In this document: positions 1 to 14,164 of the stretch, piece after piece
Numbering within the stretch: position 1 is the stretch's first letter
How the letters are laid out: each line of letters begins with the position of its first letter
DNA from: Octopus vulgaris
Taxonomy: Eukaryota
Reading direction: 5' to 3'
Length of the DNA: 64,000 bases
Assembly: GCA_951406725.2 (NCBI GenBank)
Contig: OX597815.1
Location: 157,294,001-157,358,000 of the forward strand
Program-made: the position numbers and the translations under genes
The notes under the pieces: generated by a model
The model's input: the letters and a program-made list of their open reading frames with translations, nothing else
Database searches by the model: none
Told to the model about the DNA's origin: nothing

Positions 1-94
1 GCATTTACACAATGGAGACCTGCTTGTAATGGAGGTTACGGAACGACTCGAGCGCTGGAAATCGTTACGTGCCCGGATTTCCACGCATATATGC
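1..94 (+). CDS. Possible partial coding exon of unknown protein
   Basis: Non-repetitive, CpG-containing sequence with open frame AFTQWRPACNGGYGTTRALEIVTCPDFHAYM ending at C|gtatgt. No recognisable motif, and other frames are also open. Confidence 0.25.
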
Positions 95-751
95 GTATGT
101 CTGAGAGAGAGAATTACTCATGCTTCGTTAAATAACGTGGGAAATAGTATCTAGGACATTTTTAACATTAATCAACAAAAACAGAAGTACAAACTTAAGT
201 ATGCTTACACCCACACACTTACATTCTGCCTTCATCTGCCCACACATATCTCTCATATACACACACACACATACACACATACACACTCACGTACACACAC
301 ACACACACACGTACACTCATCCACACGCTTAAGTAAATCATGCACTCGCAAACACGTATTCCTACCATACATTTATCACACACGAACTTGCGATGAACAT
401 ATCTGCCATCATAGAGTGCATACACAATATTAACAAGTAACAGTTATCTGGTTTGTTTACGTTTCCTTCGATGAGGTTCGTCTTTCATCGAATGTCTTTC
501 TAGTTGACCTGCGTGGTGTGCAAATATCCCCCTCACTGCTCTCCTTAATTGCAATTTTGTAAGTCATCAATGAATAAATGATACGATCAACAGTCGCCTC
601 GGGTAGTTTGCAGCTTGCTCGGTCACTCTCGTAACGAATTCGTCCAGCTTCTGTGACCTATAGACTTGATGAAGAGGGCGGGAGACACTTCTAAAAGTGC
701 AAGTTAGAACTCTATCCAATCTTTCTCTTCTAATTCCTAATGCTCTTACTC

Positions 752-938
<187 letters not shown>

Positions 939-1062
939 GATGATAAATCTTCCCTTTCATTCCTTTCTTCTCGAGAATGGAAAACCAGAAAAGCAGGAAA
1001 CAGTTTTAGATTCCCATTAGCTCTCAATAAACATGTTATGTCTCCAAGCTAGATAAATAGAA

Positions 1063-1063
<1 letters not shown>

Positions 1064-1150
<87 letters not shown>

Positions 1151-1160
1151 CGTGTGTGTG
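1064..1160. repeat. (GT)n microsatellite
   Basis: Read directly. Confidence 0.97.
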
Positions 1161-1498
1161 TGAGTGAGGAGAGAGAGTAAAAAACTGAGAGAGAAAGATT
1201 GGTTGATAGCTAACTAGCAAGGTATATGGGTAGATAGGCAAGTAGGGCAATAGTAATTCAGATAAATTGATAGATAAGTAGGTAGGTAAAGCATGTAGAT
1301 AGGTCGGTTGTTAGAAATGTATTAGATAAAATTAAAGACAAATAAAGAAGAGAGAGCGTGTAAGAAAGTAAGGTAATATTGTAAGGTAGAAAGGTATGTG
1401 GACAGGTAGATAGGTTAATTGGGAGAGTGATGTGTGGTATGGAGAGAGAGAGAGAAGTCAGTAAATTGATAACTAGATAATAAGACAGATAAGTAGGC

Positions 1499-1600
<102 letters not shown>

Positions 1601-2284
1601 GAAAGTGTATTGATAAACTTAAAGATATCTATTTCGATAAATATACTGAGAAGTCTACTTTTATTCAAATATCAATAATAAATATAGAGTAGATATTACA
1701 TTAGTGAAGAACGCCTTACAAAGAATGGTATATAATTTTTGTAGCATGTGACGCAATTCATGTGAGAATATAAATATATGTTACTTGCCAAAATCTCTGC
1801 AAATGTAGCATGGAATCTTGAATTTTCTAATGAAATAGTCAAGAGAAAGAGAAATAGTATGTTGGAATTTTACGAACGCTTCCAAACTCTGATGACTGAT
1901 ATGGTTAGTGTTTTACATGGATCTATGTTGGCCGGTGTCTATAGGAAAAGTATAGTCGTGTCGGTTATTCAGAAATTCAGAATTCTAGTTGAGTAGAAGA
2001 AGAATTGAACAAGGTCGGTAGTGCAGGGACAGGCGAGTGAGAAACATTAAGAGCTAAGAAAAGGAAGATGAGTGAAGCGAGTTGGCAAGAGAGGAGGGCG
2101 AGTTGGCATGAAAGGAAAAATGTGGTTTTATGAAGTGACAGGAGGAGCAGGTGAAAGAAACAGCATTTGTGCGAGTTAGTGGTTGTAACGCTTTGGAAGG
2201 ATGAATGACAAGTTTGACCCAGGTCAGATTTGAACTCAAAGCGTTGAAACAATTACTTCAGACAAAATTGAATCTAATATTTAT

Positions 2285-2460
2285 TCAGTGAGTCGATTAC
2301 ATCGACCCCACTGCTTAACTGATACTTATTTTTTCGACCACCAAAGGCTGAAAGGCCAAGTCGACCAGGACAGAATTTGAACTCAGAATGTAAAGCATCA
2401 GAAGAAATATTATTACGCATTTTGTCCGACGAGCTAACCATTGTGCCAGCTTGTCAGCTT
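2285..2460 (-). mobile_element. SINE family B, diverged copy
   Basis: Reverse complement of the family core ttctgagttcaaattc...gtcgact...gcctttca...ggggtcgatgtaatcgac seen at 41739. Confidence 0.75.
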
Positions 2461-2605
2461 CAAAACTAATTTTAATATCGTCAACATTCTCGCTATTTCC
2501 GGGAGGAGGTTGTTCTTTCGTTCTATGGTAAACCGAGCTAATCTATAATAAGAGGTATTTCTTCAAGCGTCGTTCTGTTTTAGATAGGAATTCAATTCAA
2601 TTCCA

Positions 2606-3075
2606 TTTTTATTGGCTCAAAAAGCAAAAGCAAGGCCATGTAGGGGGACAGGGAGTTATGTACAGCGAAGGTGGTCATACAAAGATTTCAGGACATTTCT
2701 GGTCAAGAGAGACTTTGAAACGAGCTGTCGTCGGCATCTTCACTATCTCGTCCGGCAGCTTATTCCACGGATCCGCAACCTGGGCGGAGAAAGCCCCTCT
2801 CCTTCGATTGAAATGAAATCGTCGTAGATAGAGTTTTTCAGAGTGACCCCGCAGCCCACGCTCTGAAGCAGGAGTAAAGAACAGCTCTTTCGAGAGGTTA
2901 CACTTTCCGCTTATGATGTTGTGAGCGAGAATGAGATCACCACGGTGTCGTCGTTTTTCGAGAGAATAAAGGTCGAGCGTCTTCAGCCTTTCTTCATAAG
3001 ACAAATGCTTGAGACCAAGAACCATGCGGGTAGCCAGCTTCTGGACTCTTTCGAGATGATGTATGTTTGACCACA
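2606..3075 (-). mobile_element. CR1/L2-type LINE 3' fragment (ORF2 C-terminus and 3' UTR)
   Basis: Peptide LERVQKLATRMV..LSYEERLKTLDLYSLEKRRHRGDLI..WNKLP is typical of CR1-clade ORF2 ends. A near-identical copy lies at 38095-38430. Confidence 0.88.
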
Positions 3076-3467
3076 TTATGTGTCTTGGAGTTATATAAGA
3101 AGGTAGATTTTAGTATTTGAGAATGAGAAATGGCTGTTGTATCTGACAGATCGACTGAATACATGTAAATGTATATGTGTGTGTGTGTGTGTGTGCGTGC
3201 GTGTGTGGATACGTGTTTGTGTGTGTGTGTGTGTGTATGTCTATTTGTGTGTGTGTGTGTGTGTGTGTCTGTGTGTACGATGCTTGCTGTCGAACGAATG
3301 AGAAAGATGTGGTCAATACATATTCTAGAATAGAAGATATGGTTTATTTTAATGAAAATGAAACAGTTTGTCTCACCACTCGAGTTTCACACAAGTAGTT
3401 GTGTGAAACTTGAGATCGCAATACCGTGACATTTAAGTCAAGAGACAAACACGCCGTTTCAGTTTCA

Positions 3468-3504
<37 letters not shown>

Positions 3505-3505
<1 letters not shown>

Positions 3506-3653
3506 ATATGGCAAAAATACGTCACGATGTGTTACCGCTACTGTATATAACTCACTTTGATATTTATCATTGTTTGATTTCACTTTTTCAATATCAGCGA
3601 CAGTGGACGCTGGAAAAAGTATAAGTATTTGTGAAGGAAATCTAATTCTCATT

Positions 3654-3655
<2 letters not shown>
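3505..3655. repeat. Fragment of the repeat unit found at 17556-17932, opposite orientation
   Basis: Reverse-complement similarity to about 17780-17930; flanked by (TA)n on both sides. Confidence 0.75.
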
Positions 3656-3718
<63 letters not shown>

Positions 3719-3823
3719 CGTGATCACCGTGACCGACCAGGCTATGAGATGTTGCTACACAGCGCTGGTCACAATTAGCCTTCAGATGACGCCACCCCGC
3801 TGGCTAAGCGAGCAGGATATATA

Positions 3824-3884
<61 letters not shown>

Positions 3885-4118
3885 TATATACTATATATAA
3901 ACAATTGAACATCAAGCAGGATTGCTGAATACTCTTTAGAGAAGATGTTTATTAAACTACAAGAAGTGATTTCAGGATTTTGGCCTGCTACCCCTCGTCT
4001 GATAGTCAAGCGAAAGTTAACGTGCCGAAAATTCGAACGAACTTATTGTTACCACTCTTGTAAAAGTTGAAGATGTGTGTATGTATTTGTATATATATAA
4101 ATATACATTTGTATATAT

Positions 4119-4193
<75 letters not shown>

Positions 4194-4239
4194 TGTGTGT
4201 GTGTGTGTGTGCTCATGCGAGCTTAATAATGGTATATTT

Positions 4240-5700
4240 TGATTTCACCATATATGATGTATCACTACAAAAATATAGATACTCTTTTCACCATTATATA
4301 AGAGATAATTGGAGAGGATATCTGGATGACTTCTTTATCATTTGGAATGAGACTATTGATAAAAGTTTGGAATTTAATTGAATACTAAATAGTATAAATC
4401 CAAACATTCAGCATACAATGAAACATAGCAAAAGACAGCTCACTTTCTTAGACATTCTGATAAAAATAAAAGTCAACAACCAAATTGTAACCGACATTTA
4501 TCACAAACTATCGGGACTCGAAACAATATCTTGTTTAGCTCATGTCCCCCGAAAAGGATTTATTTGCACAATAGTGTCTAATGGAAATAATCGCGACCTC
4601 TATCTTCAAGACCTCAGAACAATACTAACGGAGAGACACTATCCACCCTCACTTATAGATAATGGAATTAAACATGCCAAGAAAATAGGCATTAAAACAC
4701 TAAGGGAAACCTCACACCTCAACTCAAAACAGTATATGTGTATCGATTCACAACCCTAGAAACAATGAGGCATACAACGCCATTGTGCAAAAACTATTAA
4801 TGCTCACTAGGGAACCAAAGATGAACTACATTCTTAAAATACATAACTTCATGAAATGTAAAATGTAACCCAAATCGCTGAAAAGATTATTGACAAATGC
4901 AAAGCTATACACAACCACGAAACCAATAGTTAAAAAATGTGGATGTTCAAACTGTGGAACATGCCCCAGCCTACTGAAAGGCTCGGAATTCCACTTCAAA
5001 CAAGGAGAGAGGCTCACAATTAATACCAACTTCACTTGTGCATCCGAGAATTTAATTTATGTTATAACTTTTTCAGGATGTATACCCAAATATAAAGGAC
5101 AGACAAGTAATCACTTAGACAGAGAACAACACTGCATAGGGAACAGATCCGTTTCCCTAGGTATAGACAGATACCTTTGAGTGAACACAGAGAGAGGTGT
5201 GCAGGGAATCTTCAGTCAAATTTCACGGTTTTTCCTCATCTACCAGTGCAAGGAAACAATTTCTTTACTAGAGCGTTTAGATAAAGTAAATTTATTTATC
5301 GTAAAATATAGAACACGCCTAAATATGAAAGTATTTGGTCTCAGTACTTATTTCAATTCATGATCGCTTTCCATCACTGTATATATTTCATTTCACTATT
5401 TTAGCTCATGAGTTTATATTATGTCAATTTAACACCCGCAAAAAGTGAGCAATTACCTCCTCAGTCCCGAATAATAACAATCACCAATTACCTCCCCTTA
5501 GAATTTTCTACTTATTGATTTATTCACGAACTTTCATATGAGAAAATGGACTAAAAATTTTTAAAGAAAAAACGAAGTCACAATAATATCAATGTTATGA
5601 TTAGCGAAACGCGAAACTGGTCGACTACCACAATATTCTATCATTTAAAATATATTAAAACTACTAGCAAAAAGACCGCGCTCCAGGCGGTTTTCTGCAA
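4240..5700 (+). mobile_element. Decayed Penelope-like retroelement (RT C-terminus, GIY-YIG endonuclease, 3' terminal repeat)
   Basis: WRGYLDDFFIIW...LTFLDILI..IVTDIYHK (RT), then KCGCSNCGTCP...FTCASENLIYVIT.SGC...YKGQTS (Cys linker and GIY-YIG). Stops and frameshifts present. Degenerate hammerhead at about 5592-5626. Confidence 0.88.
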
Positions 5701-6044
5701 ACCACTTGATTCCCAGTTCTAATAATTTTATAATATTTTACGTCCAATTATTTCTTTGCATAATAGTGCTCACTTGCTTACTAAATATTGCTTTCATTAT
5801 TTTATTGCACTCATAATCTCTCTTTTTTAAGCAAACATCAAGGTAGTCCAACTACGGAGAGGAAGCAGTTTGTCGAGTTTTACTTTCCCCTCAAGGCAAC
5901 ATAAAAATTTTAATTCAGCAGCACATCTGTAAGCTTTGCATTGTGCATGTGTGTGTGAGAGAAAGGGGGGGAGAGAGAACATTGCAAACAATGAATGAAA
6001 TAAACATAAATTTTAAAATCGCATAGATAAAAGTGAATATCATA

Positions 6045-7235
6045 GATGTATACGCGCCCGACTATGTTGCCTCGTAACATTCAGAGAAATAGATACTGTT
6101 TAACAAAATTTTCTACAATTGCCGCTTAGATGATATAGCTTCAAAGTATATAGGGATTTATGGGAAAGAATTTTTCCGACAGGGTGGAGAGAGGAGTTTC
6201 GGAAAATTCACATGATCCGACTTTTTTCCCTCATAACTTTCAGGAAAATGGCTATCTTTTAATGAAAGTTTAATACAAATAACTTTCAAACGGCATAGAT
6301 TGCGATTATAAAGAAATTTATGGGGAAATTTTTTCCGAGGGGTTGGGAAGAGGACTTTAGGTAAAATGGAGTTTCGGATCCGGAATACCAAATAACTTAG
6401 ATCTGGTCTGTTTTGACAGGGATTTCCCTCACGTTTTTTAAACCACAACCTTCGAATTGATGGGTGGGGGGCATCTTTGTATAAAAATAAGTTTTGAAAA
6501 CAATTTTTTACAAGCCTCCTCCCTCATCATCCCACGTTGTTTCTAGCACATCCCAAGACAACTCTCCTTGTTTCTTTATCACTCTCGCATGCATTGGTCT
6601 TTTTCAATATTTTTCTCCCCATGAATACATTTATATGTTATAAAAACTAAAATTTGAAAAATTATGATTTTTTTGCAACCCCACTCTCTGCCCCCGATTG
6701 TTTCTGTTATAATTTAGAATACTGGAGAGTCTGAAAAGGTCATTACTGGCATTTATTCACACTAATTTTAAAAAGGAGTTACATAAACTATAATTCATTT
6801 TAATAGCATACTTTTCTGTTAGAAAATATTTTTTTCTTACACACGCGGCCTCGTCCAGTTGAGGTCGAGGTAAAAATTTAGATTACAACTTTTTTGTTGT
6901 TCTTTATATTTCACCAATGGACCACACGTGTGTTACTCTGGCAACATCATTCCTTAAAATTGTTTAATGGGAGAAAAATATTGAAAAAACATCAATACCT
7001 GTTAGAGTGAAAACGGAGGGTGGTTTGGGTTGTGCTAGAAAAAACAGCCAAACCTCCTTTAAATTGTTCACCTCTTCCTCTGAAAATAAGTACAATTTTC
7101 TTTTTTTACTGTAAAGTCTCATCCCATGGTTTTTTAGTTTTTAAAAATGGCCAAAATCGGTCTAGATAGTTATTGTTGTAAGGCTTATAGCGTTCCAAAC
7201 AGCCACGACAATAAACTCACTTCTTAATTTATTTT
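6045..7235. mobile_element. Possible decayed non-autonomous Helitron-like element
   Basis: Ends resemble such elements (cgcccgactatgttgcctcg ... aaaatcggtctagatagtt...aaactcacttcttaatttatt). No coding sequence; weak call. Confidence 0.25.
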
Positions 7236-7713
7236 TTTTTTACAAAAATTATACCGATATATTAAAAAATTGTCATTCAATAAATAATATACATTCAATA
7301 AATAATATGCATTATGTATACAGAATAAATGATGGTTTTTGTAAATAGCGAATAAAAGCTTGAATAAAAACATTGAAATAGAGAGTGAGAGGCTTTACAA
7401 ATGAAAAGGGAATACTCCGCAGTTAATTCAACGAATATTTAAATTTGTGAAAAATTGGAGTTCAAAAGTTCAATAAACTTAAATCGAAATTATAGGAAAT
7501 TTCTTTGAATATGAATTTATTAAAAAAACTCCCAGACAGTTAAGCCTTTAATAATTGCTTTCTTTTAGTAACTGTAATCAATAAGCAGGTTTCTCCATTA
7601 TAATATAGATGTAAACTGTGTGTATTTTCCTCCTTTTACTATCTATATATCTTTTTCGCATTAGAACTCACCACGTGGAGGTAATCGGAATCCTTTTTTT
7701 TTTTTACAATATA

Positions 7714-8725
7714 TATTAGGTTGTTTCACATGAAATGCTGCATTTTTAATTATTTCTTATTTCAGTCACTTAAAACTTCAATTTAGTATACCTTGCATTT
7801 AATCTTGATTCTTTTTCTTTCCCAACAATATTGGTATACAAAATTCGTATCCACAGACCTTATGAAAAGGATAACAACCAAACTGTGGTGAGTGATTTTC
7901 TCGTTATGAGTACAAACTCGGTCACTCTGCCGTAGAAGCTCTACGGAATATCAAGCGGACCTTTGGTAATGGTTTTGTTGACGTTAGAACTGTTCAGAGA
8001 TGGTTCTAAAGCTCTCGTTCAGGAGATGATAGACTTGAAAATAAACCAAGGGGTAGGCAAAAACCAGTTATTCAGCATGATGGATTAAATGCTTTGGTTG
8101 AACAAAATTCGAGAACAAAGATTCGAAAACTTTCATAAGAACTCCAAACATTTTGCACAACTGTTTTTGGACACCTGTAAAAAATTGGAAAAGTCAAGAA
8201 AACAGATAGGTTTGTTCCACATCAACTGAACTAGATTCAAAACAAAAACAGACGCCTCGAAGTGTGCTCCTTATTGCTTTAACGACTGGAAAAAGACCAT
8301 TTTTTGCATCAAATCATTACTTGTGATGAGAAATGGATACTCTTTGACAACAGCAGGAGAACAGGACAGTGATTAGATGAAGAGGGTCACCTAAATACTA
8401 CCCAAAACCACCATTGCACCCTAAAAATATACTGATCATTCATTATTCATTTTTGCAACAAGGAAAAACGGTAACAGCAATATCGTATTGCCAGGAAATT
8501 GATTGCATGCATGAGAATTTGAAAAAGAAGCAATCCAGACTAGTGAATAGTGATGGCCCAATTTTGCTCCACAACAATGCACGTCCTCACATTCTTCAAT
8601 CTACGGTTCAAAAGTTGCAAAGCCTGAATTGATATTTTGCAACATCCTCCCTATTTCCCTGATATCTCTCCTACTGATCATCACTTTTTAAAGCATTTTG
8701 AGCTTTTCATAAGCAATAAAACATT
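7714..8725 (+). mobile_element. Decayed mariner (Tc1/mariner) transposon
   Basis: TIR-like start tattaggttgtttcaca. Interrupted transposase motifs FVPHQL, IITCDEKWILFDN, LLHNNARPH and HPPYFPDISPTDHHF. The 3' end is lost at a (TA)n/SINE junction. Confidence 0.9.
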
Positions 8726-8750
8726 TATATATCTATATATATATATATAT

Positions 8751-9070
8751 GCCTCAGTGGTTAGAACGTCTGGCTCACAATCATGAAGTGGGGAGTTCGA
8801 TTCCTGGACTGGGCTGTGTGTTGTGTTCTTGAGCAAGACACTTTATTTCGCGTTGCTCCAGTTCACTCAGCTGTTGGAATGAGTTGAGACGTTACGGTAC
8901 CAAGCTGTATCGGCCTTTGCCTTTCCCTTGAATAACATCGGTAGAGTGGAGAGGGGAGGCAGGTATGCATGGGCGACTGCTGGCCTTCCATAAAAACCTT
9001 GCTCGGACCTGTGCCTTGCGGGGTAACTTTCTAGGTGCAATCCCATAGTCTTTCATGACCGAAGGGGGTC
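8751..9070 (+). mobile_element. tRNA-derived SINE family C
   Basis: A box (cagtggttaga), B box (ggagttcgattcc) and central tgttcttgagcaagacactttatttc...ttgctccagttcactcagctg. Second copy at 35768. Confidence 0.88.
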
Positions 9071-9077
9071 GTTATCC

Positions 9078-9152
<75 letters not shown>

Positions 9153-10314
9153 TGTGTACATAAACCATATATACACAAACACAAATCCACGATAACACCA
9201 TTTCAATTTACACTAAAATAACAAACCCATATTGTTACGAACCAATGCCAAAATCTCTTTGAGGTCGCTAGAAACAACGTTCACATTCCTCGAATTACAC
9301 ATTAAAAACATCTTTTAAGAAATAGTAATAGATCACACCAGATAAAATAAACCTACTTCCGAAAAAATATTGGTCACGGTCGGAGTGTCCGGAATGGTTG
9401 TTCGTGGATGTTGAATGATCGCATAGAGACTCTTCCATTAGCTCGTTTGTACACGTTGATGTTACTGTTTAGCCCTATTTCAACTCTGATCCCGTCAAAA
9501 ACCCTCCAGACATGACAACCTCGTCTTCCTATAAGACAGTGACTATACTGAATGAGAAGAATTTGGTTACTATTTCTAGCAATTGAGAGATCATACAGAG
9601 GTCTCCTCTGGTACCAATGGGAGGAAAGAAGGCGGGTATATTTCAGATGTAATCCCAGCCGAAAAGCAAGAATTCGCGTGATTACACATTTTCTTTAATG
9701 TCGAAAGAATAAAGATGAAGAAAAAATGTAAAATAAACATTTTAAAACAATATTCTGTAAGGTAACACATCCTCTCAGCGGAATGTCAGTTCCTTCTGGA
9801 AGAGTTAGGGGCTTAATTATTTTTAGCTCTGTCACGTCAAATCATTAAAGACTGACAAATATATATTCCGCGAACCAGATGTACTTTTTTACCGTGACCC
9901 CAAATATAATGTACTAGCGGGACAGCTTAATATTTCATATCTAAATATGTCAGATTTCTTAATGATAATAATATTTAGGGAAAGGAGAATTAGAAGAAAG
10001 GGGAAGAGGTTAAGAAGAAATTATTTATATCTGTATGTAAGTATGTGTGTGTATGTATGTGTATGTGTGTATGTGTGTGCGTGTGTGTGTACAAGAGTGT
10101 GCGTGTCGGTTCAGGCAATGAGCACATCAAGATGAAAACCTGGGAGGGATGTGTTTTAATATACACACATATCAGTAGACATGTATGTATATGTATAAAT
10201 AGCAATACGTATATAGATAGAAAGCTCTAAGAGATGCTATAATTGTAATTTCATATAGTCTGCTCATTAAACATAAAATGGAGGATGCGAGAAAAGTAAG
10301 TCATGGTATAAAAG

Positions 10315-10357
<43 letters not shown>

Positions 10358-10451
10358 AATCTCAAGGCAAAGTATTTTCTTTCTGAAAAAAATATGATCT
10401 CCGTATGTGTGTGTGTGCGTCTATGTCTGTTTGTGGGAGGGGAAATGCTTA

Positions 10452-10565
<114 letters not shown>

Positions 10566-10609
10566 CGTATGGGTCTGTGTGTCTATGTCTGTGAGTGTTG
10601 TTAATACAA

Positions 10610-10930
10610 TGAACAATAAAAGAAGCCACACAACACAGGAGGAACAAGGTTTAACAAATACGGGTATTAGCTTAACGCATGAATTCCAAGAGAAAGCGGT
10701 ATAAAGTTTCGGACGTCAATACTTCATCAGAATAGAGATAGAGAGAGAGAAAGAGAGAGAGAAAGAGGTATAGAGGGAGTGTGAAAGAGAAATAGTCATT
10801 AAAAATAACCATCAGAAAGTTGGAAACCAGGTGGGAGAACTGTTCTATGGGAGAAGTTAAAAGGGTGTGTGAATACAAGCAAAGAAGTGTCACAGTGTTT
10901 GAAAGTAGGTATAGAGGGGTAGTGCTGTAT
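10610..10930 (-). mobile_element. Probable Penelope-like 3' remnant with degenerate hammerhead
   Basis: Minus strand reads CTGATGA-agtattgacgtcc-GAAAC (about 10706-10730). Layout parallels 34150-34360, and the preceding peptide FSHRTVLPPGF loosely resembles PLE C-termini. Confidence 0.5.
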
Positions 10931-11000
10931 GTGTGTTTCCTGGTGGGATATATATATATGTGTAGAAGTATCTAAATAAGGAAGTAGAGTATATTTACAT

Positions 11001-11169
11001 AGGCGTAGGAGTGACTGTGTGGTAAGTAGATTGATTACCAAACACATGGTTCCGGGTTCAGTCGCACTGCGTGGCACCTTGGGCCAGTCACTTCTACTAT
11101 AACCTCGGGTCGACCAAAGCCTTGTGAGTGGATTTGGTAGATGGAAACTGAAAGAATCCCGTTGTATAA

Positions 11170-11203
<34 letters not shown>

Positions 11204-11435
11204 TTGTATGTGTGTGTATATATTTGTGTGTCTGTGTTTGTCCCCCCAACAACGCTTGACAACCGATGCTGGTGTGTTTACGTCCCCGTAACTTAGCGGT
11301 TCGGCAAAACAGAACGATAGAATAAGTACTAGGGTTACAAAAAGTAAGTCCTGGGCTCGATTTACTCGACTAAAGGTGGTGATCCAGCATAGCCAGAGTC
11401 AAATGACTGAAACAAGTAAAAGAAAAAGAAAAGAA
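11001..11435 (+). mobile_element. SINE family A (tRNA head, CORE-like segment, internal TA/TG tract, LINE-like tail)
   Basis: aggcg(t/c)aggagtg...ggttccgggttcagtc, gcaccttggg(c/a)ag, and tail ccagcatagccagagtcaaatgactgaaac. At least six other copies in the window. Confidence 0.9.
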
Positions 11436-11444
11436 AAAATACGA

Positions 11445-11473
11445 GTATTTATATGTGTGTGTATGCATATGTA

Positions 11474-11559
<86 letters not shown>

Positions 11560-11569
11560 CATGTGTATA

Positions 11570-11665
<96 letters not shown>

Positions 11666-11690
11666 CATATATATAATATATGCACATATA
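11445..11690. repeat. (TA)n/(TG)n compound microsatellite
   Basis: Read directly. Confidence 0.95.
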
Positions 11691-12049
11691 TACTCGGACA
11701 TAAGGATAGATGGGCAGAGAGAAAGAGAGAGAGAGCGAGAGGGGAAGGAGAGAAATATGTAGGTGTTTTATAATTTTACGCGCGGAAACATTGAAGTGCT
11801 TCATAGCCCTACGGGTTTGTATAGAGACTGATATAGGTGTGAGTAATTATTGCAATTTATACTACAGAGGACGACCGACATTCAGGTTACTAACCACCTA
11901 GACACGAACATGAAACTAGGGCATGGAATTGTTAGTGCCGTTACTAGAATATAAAAATACATAAATACACATATATGTGTGTGTATATTTATAGTGAGTG
12001 TGTGTGTGTGTGTGTGTGCGTGTGTGCGCGCGCATGTATTCTATTGGTG

Positions 12050-12340
12050 CACTGATTTGGTATAAAGTACTTTGTGAATCGGTAGACTTAGTACTGTTCG
12101 TCTTATCACATTGGAGGATAACATTTCAATCGGGTTGTGCTGATCGTCAAAAGTCTTTTAGTCTTTCCTCCAACACCTCTTGGGAAAACTGCAATGTTCT
12201 CCTACGAAACAAAGTTCGCGTGTACCAAATATATGAGCTTGTTGACGACGCTGTTGTTGATCGTTAGCCCAGATCATCTCTCAATAAGCACTCCTACGAT
12301 CAAACGACGAAAGATATTTCAGCAGTGGCGACTCTAACCT
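12050..12340 (+). mobile_element. Degenerate RTE-type LINE ORF fragment
   Basis: SWENCNVLLRNKVRVYQ resembles the RTE post-RT motif RVW.N..L...TK.RVY; heavily decayed. Confidence 0.5.
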
Positions 12341-12344
12341 TTCG

Positions 12345-12674
12345 TTTTACTCTTTACTCTTTTTTTACTCTTTTACTTGTTTCAGTCATTTGACTGCGGC
12401 CATGCTGGAGCACCGCCTTTAGTCGTGCAAATCGACCCCGGGACTTATTCTTTTGTAAGCCTAGTACTTATTCTATCGGTCTCTTTTGCCGAACCGCTAA
12501 GTGACGGGGACGTAAACACACCAGCATCGGTTGTCAAGCAATGCTAGGGGGACAAACATACACATACATACATATATATACATATATACGACGGGCTTCT
12601 TTCAGTTTCCGTCTACCAAATTCACTCACAAGGCTTTGGTCGGCCCGAGGCTATAGTAGAAGACACTTGCCCAA
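12345..12674 (-). mobile_element. SINE family A, 5'-truncated
   Basis: Reverse complement of the family A body and (gtaaaaga)n tail. Confidence 0.9.
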
Positions 12675-12898
12675 ATATCTTTTTTTTCTTTTTTTGCACC
12701 CAAAAGTGTATCTCAAGTTATGTTGTGTATGTTTTGAGCTCGATTTGTCTATTATTCTATTGTGTCTACTAAATTTCCCCTGTAGTCAGTCATAGAAATA
12801 TGGCCATGCTCTTTTGCTGAACCGCTACGTCACGGGGACATAAAACAAACCAACACTGCAGAATGAATACAATGACACGCACACATACATACGCTCAA

Positions 12899-12899
<1 letters not shown>

Positions 12900-12930
<31 letters not shown>

Positions 12931-12949
12931 GTGCACACATATATGTATG

Positions 12950-12994
<45 letters not shown>

Positions 12995-13120
12995 GTATAT
13001 GTATATATATGTATGTATGTATGTATGTATATATATATATATATGTATATATATATGTATATATATGTATATATATATATGTGTATATATATATATGTAT
13101 ATATATAAATATATATATAA

Positions 13121-13153
<33 letters not shown>

Positions 13154-13162
13154 CGTGTGTAT
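12900..13162. repeat. (CA)n/(TA)n/(TATG)n/(TG)n compound microsatellite
   Basis: Read directly. Confidence 0.95.
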
Positions 13163-13678
13163 GTACTAGGTGCAAATAAGCTTTGCGACCTAAATAAACC
13201 TCTCGAGTCAAATTGAAAATAAAACTACTGAAATTTTGGGATGCAAAGAGGAATTTTCCCCATGGTATTTAAATATTATTTTTTAGGTAATAAAATTTCC
13301 GGCATAACAGAGGTTCAGATTATTCTTAATGAAGAAATATATTTTAATTTTACAGAAATAAAAGTTACACGAATAAAGTAAGGAATAAAAATCTAAAAGA
13401 ATATTCGAAAATTTACAAAAACTATGTTAGTAATATATAGTGTTCCAAACAAAATTAAATTTACAAATACTATGTTGATAAAGTTATATAAGGGCCTGAT
13501 GACTGGGGTGGCATTTTGAGAGGGGTTCCAGGGAAACACAGAGTGGTTTAGGAACCCGAGGATGTACCTCATGAAACACGTATTGCCAAGTAATATAACA
13601 GTAGGTATTTAAAATAAAAATAAAAATTCTTTTATTTGGTGAGATGTAGGGGTATACTATCTCTAAATTAAAAAAGAA

Positions 13679-13710
<32 letters not shown>

Positions 13711-13764
13711 ACATATATATGTATGTATACATATATATACATACATACATACATGCATACATAC

Positions 13765-13824
<60 letters not shown>

Positions 13825-13970
13825 GCTCGTCAGGCTTCCATACAATTTCCTTTCCGTCAATCAACATAACTCTCAGGGCATTGGTCGGTCCGGGGATATG
13901 ATAGAAGAGTCTTGCCAAAGACTGAACCCGAAACCTCGTGGTTGCAAAGCCACCTTCTGAACCACACAAT
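13825..13970 (-). mobile_element. SINE family A, diverged 5' half
   Basis: Similar to the reverse complement of the family A head (cttgccaa..actgaacccgaaacc..gtggttg). Confidence 0.65.
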
Positions 13971-14164
13971 CATAGAATTACATTGTTCAACGTGTCCTTT
14001 CTTTATCAAGACGCTGTGTCGTTATTCGCAGTTAGTTTGGTTAATATTATTGTCAAGTCAACGTAGAACTATTAACTTACTACCACAGACCTCTCAAAAT
14101 TATGAGCGTTCTTTGAAAGATGGCGAATAATTTACAATATGAGATGTTTACTTCTTCGTTACTT

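Noticed and set aside
564-569. In-frame TGA TGA on the minus strand as possible selenocysteine
   Set aside because: No homology, redox motif or SECIS evidence.
8751-8812. tRNA-like A/B boxes (also at 19470-19537, 21185-21258, 35768 and 40990-41060)
   Set aside because: They are SINE heads continuing into repeat bodies, with no complete cloverleaf.
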